In this document: positions 21,201 through 30,883 of the stretch, piece after piece
Numbering within the stretch: position 1 is the stretch's first letter
Layout: every line of letters begins with the position of its first letter
IMG/VR virus record: IMGVR_UViG_3300021962_000084
Span: 5,808-69,807 of that record
Direction: 5' to 3' (one strand)
DNA from: a virus
Length of the DNA: 64,000 bases
Translations under genes and position numbers: made by a program
The notes under the pieces: generated by a model
Told to the model about the DNA's origin: nothing
The model's input: only the letters and a program-made list of their open reading frames with translations
Database searches by the model: none

Positions 21201-24200
21201 AATCGGTTGCAAGTGGTTCTAAATTTAGTGGCTCGTTATTCCTAAGTGGTTCAGTATTTTTAACAACTGGTTCATTTAGTGGTAGTGGTAAGCAATTATT
21301 TGATATACCCGTTGCGGCCATTTCCGATTTAGATACATCAAAAATATTTAGTGGTTCGGTAACCGCATCCGTTTCTCCTGTTCAAGGATTTGTAGTTACA
21401 TCTTATGCAACGGGAAGTACATTCTTAGGTAGTGTAAGAGTAACAGGAAGTTTATCAGCAACAGGAAGTGGATTTTTTGCAGCGGGTGTATCGGCATCAG
21501 TATTTAGTGGTAGTGGTGCAGGTTTAACGGATATTCCGTTTTCAGCATTATCGCAAGAATTATTTAGAATAGCAAGTGGAAGTGTAACTGCTTCCGCATT
21601 GCCTGATAGAGGGTTTGTTGTTCAATCTGCGGCAAGTGGTTCAAGAATAACTGGTAGTGTTGCAATTACAGGTAGTTTAACAATAACTGCAACCTCTGGA
21701 GCATTGGTATTGGGTTCTTCATCAGCTTATTTTGGAGAAGGTACTTATTTAAGAAATATACCTAGAAATGCATTAACTGAAGATGCATTATTATCAACGG
21801 AAATTAAATCTGGTTCGGTAACTGCGTCTGTATCACCTGACTTTGGATTTGTAGTAAAATCTCCTGATAGTGGGTCAGAATTTACTGGTTCTATTGATGT
21901 TAGTGGTAGTTTGTATGTTAGAGGTGATGTAACTTCTACTAGTGGTTCTTACTTTATTGGAGATGGTAGGTATTTATCAAATATAACAGTTGCAAATTTA
22001 GCAATTGATTCTACAAAAATATTTAGTGGAAGTGCTACTGCATCTATTTCACCAACTGAAGGATTTGAAGTAAATACTCATTCTAGATTCGATGGTAGTT
22101 TTATTGTATCATCTTCTGGAAGGCCTACTCCTGATTATTTAATTGAAAAAGTATTTAATGTAACAAATGAAGGTAGTAATGCATACACTTTTAGTGGAGC
22201 TGCAACTGGTTCAAATCCAAACATTACTTTAGTAAGGGGTACAACATATACATTTAATGTAAACGCTCCTGGTCATCCTTTTTGGGTAAAATATGTTGCT
22301 TCAATAGGAACATCTTGGCAATATAGTGGAAGTATTTCAAATAATGGTACTGATAATGGTACTATAACATTTACGCCACCATCTGGTTCTCCTGATACAT
22401 TGTATTACAATTGCCAACTTCATTCTTTGATGGCAGGTACTATAAACATAGTAAATGAAATTACTATACCTGCTGAAATTAAATTTGTTGGAAATACAAA
22501 AATAGAAGGCAACTTAACTGCTTCTATGTATAGTGGTAGTGGTAGAGGATTATTTGATATACCTCGTTCAGCGTTATCGGAAGAAGTATTTAGAATTGCT
22601 TCTGGTTCAATAACAGCATCAGTAACTCCTGATTTTGGATTTAAAGTTGAATCAATAGAAAGTGGTTCTCAATTTACTGGTTCTGTTAATATTAGTGGAA
22701 GCTTATATATAAATCCTTATAGTGGTTCATTACAATTAGCATCTGGTTCATCTTATTATGGTGAGGGTTCTTATTTAAGAAATATCCCTCGTTCGGCACT
22801 TACCGAAGATGCACAAATATCAACCGAAATCAAATCTGGGTCAGTTACCGCATCAGTATCACCTGATTATGGATTTATTGTATTAACTCCATTTACATCT
22901 TCATTTGGTGAAAATGGTTCATTTACCGCATCGATAGCATCGCAATTTACTGGTTCGGTTTCTATATCTGGTAGTTTATTTGTTGGTGATGTAAGTGGTG
23001 GTTTGTTTATAGAATCATCATCATTTATATACGCAGAAGGTACTTATTTAAGAAATATACCTCGTTCATCTCTAACAGAAGATGCACTTATTAGTACCGA
23101 AATCAAATCGGGTTCAGTAACTGCATCTGTAACTCCTGACGAAGGCTTTAGAGTAATTACTCCATTTACTGGTTCGCAAATTGGTTCTCAATTTACTGGT
23201 TCGGTTAATGTAAGTGGTTCTATCATTGTAGATGACGTAACTGCTAGGGGATTCTTCTTTGGTGATGGTAGGTATATTACAAACGTACAAGCGGCAGCAG
23301 CTCCTTTAATCGCTAGTGGTTCGGCAACGGCATCCGTAGCAAGTGGCGAATCTTTTGTAGTAATAACTGCAAAAACAGGTTCACAAATTGGTTCTGAATT
23401 TACTGGCTCGGTTGGTATTAGTGGTTCTATTTCAGCATTTGATATTACATCCACTGGATTCTTCTTTGGTGATGGTAGATTTATTACAAATGTACAAGCA
23501 TCAGCGGCACCATTAATCGCTAGTGGTTCGGCAACTGCATCAGTAGCAAGTGGTGATACTTTTATAGTAACTACATCTGCAACTGGTTCTCAAATTGGTT
23601 CTAGAATTACTGGTAGTGTTTCAGTTAGTGGTTCATTAACTGCTGATGATTTAACTGCAAGAGGATTTGTATTTGGTGATGGTAGATATTTAACAAATGT
23701 ACAAGCGGCAGCAGCTCCTTTAATCGCTAGTGGTTCGGCAACCGCATCGGTACAAAGTGGACAACAATTTATTGTAACAACTGCACCATCATCTGGTTCA
23801 TATCAATCTCAATTCACATCATCGGTAGCAATTAGTGGTTCGATAACTGCATCTTTATTTATAGGTGATGGTGGTGGATTATTTAACATTCCACCTGATG
23901 CGATTGAAAACTTAGAGTTATTTAAAATTAACTCTGGTTCTGGATTTGCACAGGTAGACCCAACTAAATTATTAGTAAACGTACCAATAACAGCGGCACT
24001 TTACATAGGTGATGGTGGTGGACTATTTAATATCCCTGCAAATGCATTACAAGACCTTAAGTTAGATAGAATTATATCAGGTTCGGTTCAGGCGGTAATA
24101 TCTCCTGATAAAGGATTGGAAGTTGGAACTAAAACATTCGTATCTGGTAATTTAAGTGTTAGTGGTGGATTATTTGTGACAGGAGGAAATGTAATAGTTT

Positions 24201-27200
24201 CTTCTGGTTCAACATTCATTGGAGATGGTAGTGGAATCACAAACATTAACATAGCTAACTTATCATTTGAAACATTCATATTAAAGAGTGGTTCATATAC
24301 CGCATCAATTTCTCCTGATAAAGGATTTGTAGTTAATACATCTGCTAGTATTTGGGGTAATGTTTATGTTGGTAATAATTTAACAGCAACTGATGTAACT
24401 GCATCTCATAGAGTATTTGCTCCTTTATTTACTGGTTCATTCTTAGGAACTTATAATTTCCAAGGAGTAGGACCTACCGCATCGGCTCAATATGATATTT
24501 TAAGATTTGATGAAAATAGAGGATATTTTGTACCTCAACCTGAAACTTCACTAACCGAAACTGTACCATTTAATAGTGTAAGTGATTTGACTATTGTACA
24601 TAATTTGGGGATACGATACCCGATGGTACAGGTTTATGCAACTGGTTCTGAAGACCAATTGTTACCAGGTCAAATTATTTCAATAGATGAAGATACAATT
24701 CAAATTAAATTTGCTGGATTAACTTCTGGACATGTCGTAATTGGTAGTGGTGGTTCTCTAATAAATGGCACATTACCTGGCGATAGAGTATTTGGGGCTG
24801 TACTTTCAGCATCTTATGCACAAACTGCAGAATTTGCAAAAACTGTAGCAGGTTTTGATTCAGCATCGTTAGCATCATTATCAGCATCATTGAGTGATAC
24901 ATCTCAATATGTTAGAAATAATCAAACATCATCTATGGCTGTGTTTAGTGCAGTAAGTTCTTCTTACGCATTAACTGCATCTTATGTTTCTGATTTGAGT
25001 GGTATAAATTTAACTGATTATGTAAGAAATGACCAAACAGCATCTATGAGGGTGTTGAGTTCATCATTTGCAATTACATCATCTTACGCATTATTTGCAC
25101 AAAACGCATCGAATGTAGATACATCAAACTTTGTTCAGAATTCACAAACCGCATCAATGTTGGTTGGTACTGCTTCATTAGCATTTACCGCATCATACGC
25201 TCTTTACGCTTTAAATGCGGAAGGTGTAAATACAGCATCATTCTTACAAGTAAATAAAGATTCTTCTATAAATGCTAATTTAACAATTAGTGGAAGTTTG
25301 GGTGTAAGTGGTAGTGTTTATTTGGGTGGTATTGCATCTGCATCTTATGATGAAGTTGTAACATGGGACCCAATAAGTAAAAAATTAGGATATAGAAACG
25401 TAGCAGCAGCTGTTGGTTCTTCTGGAACTGGTGGTACTTCTGGTTTTGATGGTAATGACGGAACTGATGGTACTTCTGGAAGTAGTGGTACATCTGGAAG
25501 TAGTGGTTCAAGCGGCTCATCTGGAAGTAGTGGTACATCTGGAAGTAGTGGACAGGATGGTTCATCTGGTTCATCTGGAAGTAGCGGTTCATCTGGAAGT
25601 AGCGGTTCATCTGGAAGTAGTGGTTCATCTGGAAGTAGTGGTTCAAGTGGCACATCTGGAAGTAGTGGTTCAAGCGGCACATCTGGAAGTAGTGGTACTG
25701 ATGGTACACCTGGTTCATCTGGTACGAGCGGTACAAGCGGCACATCCGGTTCATCTGGTACGAGCGGAAGTAGTGGTTCAAGCGGCACATCAGGAACTTC
25801 TGGTACAAGTGGCTCAAGTGGAACATCAGCAACAAGCGGAAGTAGTGGTTCATCTGGTAGTGGTGGAACTTCTGGCACAAGCGGTAGTGGAGGTTCTTCG
25901 GGAACATCTGGTACGAGCGGAAGTAGTGGTTCAAGTGGCACATCAGGAACTTCTGGTACAAGTGGCTCAAGTGGTAGTGGTGGTTCTTCAGGATCGTCTG
26001 GAACAAGTGGCACATCTGGAACAAGCGGTTCAAGTGGCACATCGGGAACATCTGGTTCATCGGGAACATCCGCATCATCTGGTAGTGGTGGAACATCAGG
26101 CTCTGGTGGTACGTCTGGTACAAGCGGCACAAGCGGTTCATCGGGAACTTCTGGAACAGCTGGTACAAGCGGCTCAAGTGGTACATCAGCATCTTCTGGT
26201 TCTGGCGGTACGGCAGGTACATCAGGTACAGCTGGAACTGGTGGTACTTCTGGCACAAGTGGAACAAGTGGCACATCTGGTTCAGATGGTTCAAATGGTA
26301 CATCAGGAAGTAGTGGAACTGCTGGTACGGGTGGTTCGGCTGGTACATCGGGAACTTCTGGCACATCGGGAACTTCTGGAAGTTCTGGCACGAGCGGTAG
26401 TAGTGGTTCGAAAGGTTCGGATGGTACAAGTGGTACATCTGGTTCTGATGGTTCGTCTGGAACAAGTGGCTCTGCTGGAACAAGTGGTAGTAGTGGTAGT
26501 AGTGGAAGCTCAGGAACTTCTGGTACTACGGGTTCGTTTGGTACATCCGGCTCAAGTGGAAGTAGTGGAACATCTGGTTCAAGTGGCACAAGCGGAAGTA
26601 GTGGAAGTAGTGGTACTACGGGTTCGTTTGGTACATCCGGCTCAAGTGGAAGTAGTGGAACGAGTGGCACATCTGGAACATCGGGTTCAGCCGGTTCGTC
26701 TGGTAGTAGTGGTTCGTCTGGTACAACAGGTTCATTCGGAACAAGCGGCAGTAGTGGTACATCAGCCACATCTGGAAGTGGTGGTACAAGCGGTACAAGC
26801 GGTACTGATGGTTCTAGCGGAACTGGTGGCACAAGCGGCTCATCTGGAACATCTGGTACAACGGGTTCATTCGGAACAAGCGGCTCATCTGGTTCATCGG
26901 GTACATCGGGTGTTGATGGTACAAATGGTTCAAGCGGTTCTTCTGGGTCTTCTGGTACAAGCGGTACATCTGGCACAAGCGGTACATCTGGTTTAGATGG
27001 AACATTCTTTGGTTCATCTGGAACAAGCGGCACATCGGGAACAACGGGAACTGCTGGTAGTGGTGGTTCTTCGGGAACATCTGGCACAAGCGGTTCATCT
27101 GGAAGTAGTGGTATAGATGGAACATTCTTTGGAACACATGGTACATCTGGAACTAGCGGTTCAAGTGGTACATCAGCAAGTGCAGGTACATCTGGAAGTA

Positions 27201-29167
27201 GTGGAACAAGTGGCATCAGCGGTTCTTCTGGAACTACTGGAAGTTCTGGTTCATCTGGTTTAGATGGTACATATTTTGGTTCATCGGGAACATCTGGCAG
27301 TAGTGGTAGTGGAGGAACATCAGGTTCTTCTGGAACTACGGGAACAAGTGGTTCATCCGGTTCATCTGGTTTAGACGGAACATTCTTCGGTTCGCATGGA
27401 ACAAGCGGTTCAGCTGGAAGTGGAGGTACGTCTGGCTCGTCTGGTTCATCTGGGTCAGCTGGAACTGGTGGTACATCAGGTTCGAGCGGTATCGATGGAA
27501 CTAATGGTTCAGCTGGAAGTGGGGGTTCATCTGGTACATCCGGAACATCTGGTTCATCTGGATTAGATGGAACATTCTTTGGTTCACATGGTACATCAGG
27601 AACTTCTGGTTCGTCTGGTAGTGGAGGTTCTTCGGGAACTTCTGGTTCTTCTGGTTCTTCTGGTAGCGCAGGTTCTGATGGAACTTCGGGTTCATCTGGT
27701 TTAGATGGGACATTCTTTGGTTCTCATGGTACTGCTGGTACGGGTGGTTCATCTGGTACGTCTGGTACATCAGGTAGTAGTGGTGAGAGTGGCACATCCG
27801 GTAGTAGTGGAGTTAGTGGTACGTCTGGTTCATCTGGATTAGATGGAACATTCTTTGGTTCTAATGGTACGTCTGGCACAAGCGGAAGTAGTGGAGAAAG
27901 TGGAACAAGTGGTACAACAGGAACAGCAGGTTCAAGCGGTACTTCAGCTACATCAGGTTCTTCTGGTTTAGATGGTACAAATTTTGGAACATCTGGAACT
28001 AGCGGAGAAAGTGGTACTTCTGGAACTAGCGGAGAAAGTGGCACATCAGGAACATCTGGTTCATCAGGAACATCTGGTTCTTCTGGTTTGGATGGAACAT
28101 ATTTTGGTAGTAGCGGTACAACGGGAACATCTGGAACAAGCGGAGAGAGTGGTACAAGCGGCAGTAGTGGAGAAAGTGGCACATCAGGAACATCCGGTTC
28201 ATCTGGATTAGATGGAACATTCTTTGGAAGTAGTGGTACATCGGGAACATCCGGTTCAAGTGGAGAAAGTGGTACATCTGGTACATCTGGATTGGGTACA
28301 AATGGTACATCTGGTAGTAGCGGATTGGATGGTACTTATTTTGGAAGTAGTGGTACATCTGGTACATCTGGGGCAGGAACATCTGGTTCTTCTGGTACTG
28401 ATGGAATTGGTACAAATGGTACAAGCGGAAGTAGTGGTGTTGATGGTACATTCTTTGGAAGTAGTGGTACATCGGGAACATCTGGAGCAGGAACATCTGG
28501 TTCGTCTGGTACATCTGGACTTGGAACATCTGGTACTTCTGGAGTTGATGGAACTTTATTTGGTTCTTCTGGTACTTCGGGTGTTAATGGTACGTCTGGA
28601 ATTACGGGCACAAATGGAACATCGGGAACATCGGGAGTAACTGGTACAAGTGGAACATCTGGATTCCTACCATTATCCGGAACTACAAATAATGGTGTTA
28701 TTACATGGGATAATCCGTTATCGGCTGGAAATGTTGAAAGTAATTTAACATTTAACGGAAGTACATTAAGTATAACAGGAAATGTAACAACAACTACATC
28801 GGTAGAGGCAACAACATTTGTATCAGCTGGTTCTTATATAGTTGGTACACAATATAGAGAAACATTCTCTGATTTAGGAACAGGTGGAAGTGTAACAATA
28901 GACCTTTCAACTGGTAATAATTTCAGAAGACAATTTAATGGAGCAGCAACACTTACATTTAACAATCCACCATCATCAAATGCGTTTGGATTTACTTTAA
29001 CAATGGTAAATGCAGGTGCATACGTTATCACATGGCCGGCTTCAATAGATTGGGTAGGAGGTACATCACCGATATTAACATCAGCTGGAACGGATGTATT
29101 AACATTCTTTACATTTAATGGTGGTACAACTTATTATGGATTTGTTGTTGGAAAAAATCTTAGTTAA
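18227..29167 (+). CDS. Giant tail fibre-like protein (3646 aa) with ~23 SGSVTAS repeats, two cupredoxin-like domains and a ~1080-aa Gly-X-X tract
   Basis: Repeat unit RIASGSVTASVSPxFGFxV...GSEFTGSVxxSGS...GDGxxLxNIP; two H...CxxHxxM domains; a G-S/T-S tract; C-terminal DLSTGNNF...ITWPASIDWVGGTSP...DVLTF domain typical of fibre ends. Confidence 0.8.
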   Translation: MAISNLLTGRVRVVSPKNVTSDRYQFLDLSQAEPNLGVPNFSASLSGSPAIVVSDDQGNRGFVRSLDLERVTGQFTGSFTGSATDLSGSFSGSFTGSFIGDGSRLVNLPEVTRIASGSATASISPNFGFQINVDTTITENLYVSKSIYAEQLIVSYISSSIIYSSGSNVFGDSENDSQQFTGSVEVRDRLNAYVISGSTIAGNLTGSFIGLAEATGSFSGSLIGRSDTFGTFTGSAEATGSFSGSFIGTADLFGTFTGSAELTGSFSGSFTGSFFGDGRNLFNLPEATKLATGSVTASVTPEFGFKVLSIDKGSEFTGSVDITGSLSITATSGALVLGSSSAYYGEGTYLRNIPRSALTEDALVSSFIVSGSVTASVSPNFGFVVKSPDSGSEFTGSVDVSGSVIAQFFIGDGSQLLNVPSTVAPRIASGSVTASVSPQFGFKVESNASGSEFTGSVDISGSISASLYRGDGSGLFNIPVSALSEEVSRIASGSVTASVSPVYGFRVEAAASGSEFTGSVNVTGSVIVESGSIYVGDGSGLRNIPLSALAEEVVAATKILSGSVTASVSPEFGFRVESTLSGSQFTGSLLVSGNVELYTGSFSGSGKNLREIPKSAISDLDTSLIFSGSATASINPVKGFNVNIFSQFSGSMSVSASNFVVPSQSLDLTFNVTNDGFAAYVFTGAASGSNPTLTLVENVVYRFVVNAPGHPFYIKTTNTSGAGGAYNSGVLNNGTDNGVVTFNVPSGAPSTLYYVCGNHSSMVGTINIVSEIVRPALIEFIGPTNITGSLGISGNVTASMFSGSGRGLFDIPFTSFTGDAFRIASGSVTASVAPNYGFRVEALDLGSEFTGSVDISGSLFVSGSITASKGIVANTISASFFIGDGSQLRNVPSLESFRIASGSVTASVSPDFGFRVDSVELGSYFSGSVKVSGSIFTFGNIELQSGSAFSGSGKNLFDIPRSALTPDALESTFIASGSVTASVTPNQGFVVQSVASGSKFSGSLFLSGSVFLTTGSFSGSGKQLFDIPVAAISDLDTSKIFSGSVTASVSPVQGFVVTSYATGSTFLGSVRVTGSLSATGSGFFAAGVSASVFSGSGAGLTDIPFSALSQELFRIASGSVTASALPDRGFVVQSAASGSRITGSVAITGSLTITATSGALVLGSSSAYFGEGTYLRNIPRNALTEDALLSTEIKSGSVTASVSPDFGFVVKSPDSGSEFTGSIDVSGSLYVRGDVTSTSGSYFIGDGRYLSNITVANLAIDSTKIFSGSATASISPTEGFEVNTHSRFDGSFIVSSSGRPTPDYLIEKVFNVTNEGSNAYTFSGAATGSNPNITLVRGTTYTFNVNAPGHPFWVKYVASIGTSWQYSGSISNNGTDNGTITFTPPSGSPDTLYYNCQLHSLMAGTINIVNEITIPAEIKFVGNTKIEGNLTASMYSGSGRGLFDIPRSALSEEVFRIASGSITASVTPDFGFKVESIESGSQFTGSVNISGSLYINPYSGSLQLASGSSYYGEGSYLRNIPRSALTEDAQISTEIKSGSVTASVSPDYGFIVLTPFTSSFGENGSFTASIASQFTGSVSISGSLFVGDVSGGLFIESSSFIYAEGTYLRNIPRSSLTEDALISTEIKSGSVTASVTPDEGFRVITPFTGSQIGSQFTGSVNVSGSIIVDDVTARGFFFGDGRYITNVQAAAAPLIASGSATASVASGESFVVITAKTGSQIGSEFTGSVGISGSISAFDITSTGFFFGDGRFITNVQASAAPLIASGSATASVASGDTFIVTTSATGSQIGSRITGSVSVSGSLTADDLTARGFVFGDGRYLTNVQAAAAPLIASGSATASVQSGQQFIVTTAPSSGSYQSQFTSSVAISGSITASLFIGDGGGLFNIPPDAIENLELFKINSGSGFAQVDPTKLLVNVPITAALYIGDGGGLFNIPANALQDLKLDRIISGSVQAVISPDKGLEVGTKTFVSGNLSVSGGLFVTGGNVIVSSGSTFIGDGSGITNINIANLSFETFILKSGSYTASISPDKGFVVNTSASIWGNVYVGNNLTATDVTASHRVFAPLFTGSFLGTYNFQGVGPTASAQYDILRFDENRGYFVPQPETSLTETVPFNSVSDLTIVHNLGIRYPMVQVYATGSEDQLLPGQIISIDEDTIQIKFAGLTSGHVVIGSGGSLINGTLPGDRVFGAVLSASYAQTAEFAKTVAGFDSASLASLSASLSDTSQYVRNNQTSSMAVFSAVSSSYALTASYVSDLSGINLTDYVRNDQTASMRVLSSSFAITSSYALFAQNASNVDTSNFVQNSQTASMLVGTASLAFTASYALYALNAEGVNTASFLQVNKDSSINANLTISGSLGVSGSVYLGGIASASYDEVVTWDPISKKLGYRNVAAAVGSSGTGGTSGFDGNDGTDGTSGSSGTSGSSGSSGSSGSSGTSGSSGQDGSSGSSGSSGSSGSSGSSGSSGSSGSSGSSGTSGSSGSSGTSGSSGTDGTPGSSGTSGTSGTSGSSGTSGSSGSSGTSGTSGTSGSSGTSATSGSSGSSGSGGTSGTSGSGGSSGTSGTSGSSGSSGTSGTSGTSGSSGSGGSSGSSGTSGTSGTSGSSGTSGTSGSSGTSASSGSGGTSGSGGTSGTSGTSGSSGTSGTAGTSGSSGTSASSGSGGTAGTSGTAGTGGTSGTSGTSGTSGSDGSNGTSGSSGTAGTGGSAGTSGTSGTSGTSGSSGTSGSSGSKGSDGTSGTSGSDGSSGTSGSAGTSGSSGSSGSSGTSGTTGSFGTSGSSGSSGTSGSSGTSGSSGSSGTTGSFGTSGSSGSSGTSGTSGTSGSAGSSGSSGSSGTTGSFGTSGSSGTSATSGSGGTSGTSGTDGSSGTGGTSGSSGTSGTTGSFGTSGSSGSSGTSGVDGTNGSSGSSGSSGTSGTSGTSGTSGLDGTFFGSSGTSGTSGTTGTAGSGGSSGTSGTSGSSGSSGIDGTFFGTHGTSGTSGSSGTSASAGTSGSSGTSGISGSSGTTGSSGSSGLDGTYFGSSGTSGSSGSGGTSGSSGTTGTSGSSGSSGLDGTFFGSHGTSGSAGSGGTSGSSGSSGSAGTGGTSGSSGIDGTNGSAGSGGSSGTSGTSGSSGLDGTFFGSHGTSGTSGSSGSGGSSGTSGSSGSSGSAGSDGTSGSSGLDGTFFGSHGTAGTGGSSGTSGTSGSSGESGTSGSSGVSGTSGSSGLDGTFFGSNGTSGTSGSSGESGTSGTTGTAGSSGTSATSGSSGLDGTNFGTSGTSGESGTSGTSGESGTSGTSGSSGTSGSSGLDGTYFGSSGTTGTSGTSGESGTSGSSGESGTSGTSGSSGLDGTFFGSSGTSGTSGSSGESGTSGTSGLGTNGTSGSSGLDGTYFGSSGTSGTSGAGTSGSSGTDGIGTNGTSGSSGVDGTFFGSSGTSGTSGAGTSGSSGTSGLGTSGTSGVDGTLFGSSGTSGVNGTSGITGTNGTSGTSGVTGTSGTSGFLPLSGTTNNGVITWDNPLSAGNVESNLTFNGSTLSITGNVTTTTSVEATTFVSAGSYIVGTQYRETFSDLGTGGSVTIDLSTGNNFRRQFNGAATLTFNNPPSSNAFGFTLTMVNAGAYVITWPASIDWVGGTSPILTSAGTDVLTFFTFNGGTTYYGFVVGKNLS
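25415..28663 (+). repeat. Gly-X-X (GSS/GTS) low-complexity coding repeat, ~1080 codons
   Basis: Gly at every third residue, X mostly Ser/Thr. The second half is punctuated by ~13 G(L/I/V)DGT(F/Y)FG motifs. Includes an exact 51-nt direct repeat at 26521-26571 / 26611-26661. Confidence 0.95.
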
Positions 29168-29178
29168 TAATTAGAGTT

Positions 29179-30078
29179 ATGAGTATAGCAAGAAAATTAA
29201 TACCAAGTGGAGATGAACAATTTCCATTTAAAATACAAATAACAACAACCGCATCTAATACGGTATTTACTGTACCATTGGTTGATTATGGGTCTTTGAC
29301 ACCACAATTAACAATAACTTGGGGTGATAGTTCAAGTTCACCATTGATTACATCATCCACATCAACAGATAGAATACATACATACGTTTCACCTGGAACA
29401 TATACTATAACAATATCTGGATTTATGCCAGGATTTGTTGTAAATAATAACTCGGCTATAAGAAGTTTAATTACTTCAATAGTACAATGGGGTGTTGTTG
29501 GGATACGAACTATTAACTTTTATGGTTGTACAAATTTAACATCAATACCTGGTAGTGGTACTTTAAGTGGTGTGGGTGGATACACTGGTTTGAATGAAGT
29601 AGTTTCTTTTGCATCTTTTATGAGAGGAACTCGTATAACTTCAATTCCATCTGATATGTTTGATTATTCACCAAATGCAACAACTTTTACAAATACATTT
29701 GAATCGATATTAACGCTAACATCAGTTCCATCTGGATTATTTGATAACGTTCCATTAGCAACAACCTTTGCATCTTGTTTTTCGGCTTGTAACGCTTTAA
29801 CAACAGTACCAACCGATTTATTTGATTTAAATACAAATGTAGTAAACTTTTCATCAACATTTCGTAACTGTAGGGCATTGACAAATGTTTTGCAATTTAC
29901 AAATAATACACAAGTTACAATTTTTAATAGTGTTTATAATATGAGTTCTACTTCAAATGCATTAACTGGAACAGCTCCTGAATTATGGAATAGAACACCT
30001 ACACCAGCGGGTACAGATGCATTTAATAATTGTATAAACTTATCTAACTTTGCATCAATACCTGTAAATTGGAAATAA
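29179..30078 (+). CDS. PKD-like plus BspA/DUF285-type leucine-rich-repeat protein, putative fibre-tip adhesin
   Basis: ITWGD...HTYVSPGTYTITISG (PKD-like) followed by LTSIPxxLFDxxxxxTTFxxxFxxC repeats; sits between a fibre gene and a fibre chaperone. Confidence 0.7.
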   Translation: MSIARKLIPSGDEQFPFKIQITTTASNTVFTVPLVDYGSLTPQLTITWGDSSSSPLITSSTSTDRIHTYVSPGTYTITISGFMPGFVVNNNSAIRSLITSIVQWGVVGIRTINFYGCTNLTSIPGSGTLSGVGGYTGLNEVVSFASFMRGTRITSIPSDMFDYSPNATTFTNTFESILTLTSVPSGLFDNVPLATTFASCFSACNALTTVPTDLFDLNTNVVNFSSTFRNCRALTNVLQFTNNTQVTIFNSVYNMSSTSNALTGTAPELWNRTPTPAGTDAFNNCINLSNFASIPVNWK

Positions 30079-30079
30079 T

Positions 30080-30523
30080 ATGTATTTAAGAATTATAAAT
30101 AACGAAATTATTTATCCATACTCTTTACAACAATTAAGAGTAGATAATCCACATTCTAGCTTTCCATCACAAATGACAGATGAAGTAATGAATGAATTCA
30201 ATATATTTGAAGTAAGAATTACTCCAAAACCCAGCAATCATACAAAAAATATTTCAGAAGGGGCACCATTATTAGTGGAAGGTGTTTATTATCAAAATTG
30301 GGAAATTACCGATGCTTTATCAGAAGAAATAAATTCAAGAATAGAATTTAAGTGGGATGAAATTAGAGAAATAAGAAATTCTCTATTACAAGAATGCGAT
30401 TGGACACAATTAGGAGACATTTCAGTAGAAACCAAAGAGATTTGGGCAACATATAGACAAAATTTAAGAGATATAACAAATCAATCAAATCCATTTAGTA
30501 TTGAGTGGCCGGTAAAACCTTAA
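30080..30523 (+). CDS. Tail fibre assembly chaperone
   Basis: C-terminal WDEIREIRNSLLQECDWTQL...W.TYRQNLRDIT.Q..P..I.WP.KP is the typical phage tail assembly chaperone motif. Confidence 0.8.
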   Translation: MYLRIINNEIIYPYSLQQLRVDNPHSSFPSQMTDEVMNEFNIFEVRITPKPSNHTKNISEGAPLLVEGVYYQNWEITDALSEEINSRIEFKWDEIREIRNSLLQECDWTQLGDISVETKEIWATYRQNLRDITNQSNPFSIEWPVKP

Positions 30524-30538
30524 ATAAGGATAGGTTTA

Positions 30539-30546
30539 TATTTATA
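30539..30546 (+). promoter_or_regulatory. TATTTATA motif, putative late promoter
   Basis: Intergenic, upstream of the ATG at 30572. Confidence 0.6.
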
Positions 30547-30571
30547 TCTATAAAACTAACAAATAGAATAA

Positions 30572-30871
30572 ATGGTAATCCATAACCCCATATTTTCAGG
30601 TTCAATCATTCAAGACAGAAATAACGCTTATGCGGATTTGAGTGGTTCTTTTACTGGTTCATTGACTGGTTCGTTTAAGGGAACAATCGATGTACAACAG
30701 GCATCATTTGATAATTTAACTATCAGTAATAAACTTGTTGTAAGCGGTTCAATTTTAGCTACTGGTTCAATGCAAATGACTGGTTCATTTTATTCATTGA
30801 ATGGTGGGTATTATGTTAATAATGTAAATGTATTAGATACAGCTTTGGCATACGCTATAGCTTTAGGTTAA
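30572..30871 (+). CDS. Short virion/fibre-associated protein
   Basis: 99 aa; SGSFTGSLTGSF repeats like the N-terminus of the 3646-aa protein; ends in YAIALG. Confidence 0.65.
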   Translation: MVIHNPIFSGSIIQDRNNAYADLSGSFTGSLTGSFKGTIDVQQASFDNLTISNKLVVSGSILATGSMQMTGSFYSLNGGYYVNNVNVLDTALAYAIALG

Positions 30872-30883
30872 AATATAAAATAA

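Noticed and set aside
25287-28640. Long alternative-frame and antisense ORFs (623 aa PLVPLLPDVP..., 527 aa, 398 aa and others)
   Set aside because: They are shadows of the Gly-Ser/Thr codon repeat, which has few stops in other frames; they have no independent start context and lie wholly inside the 3646-aa gene.
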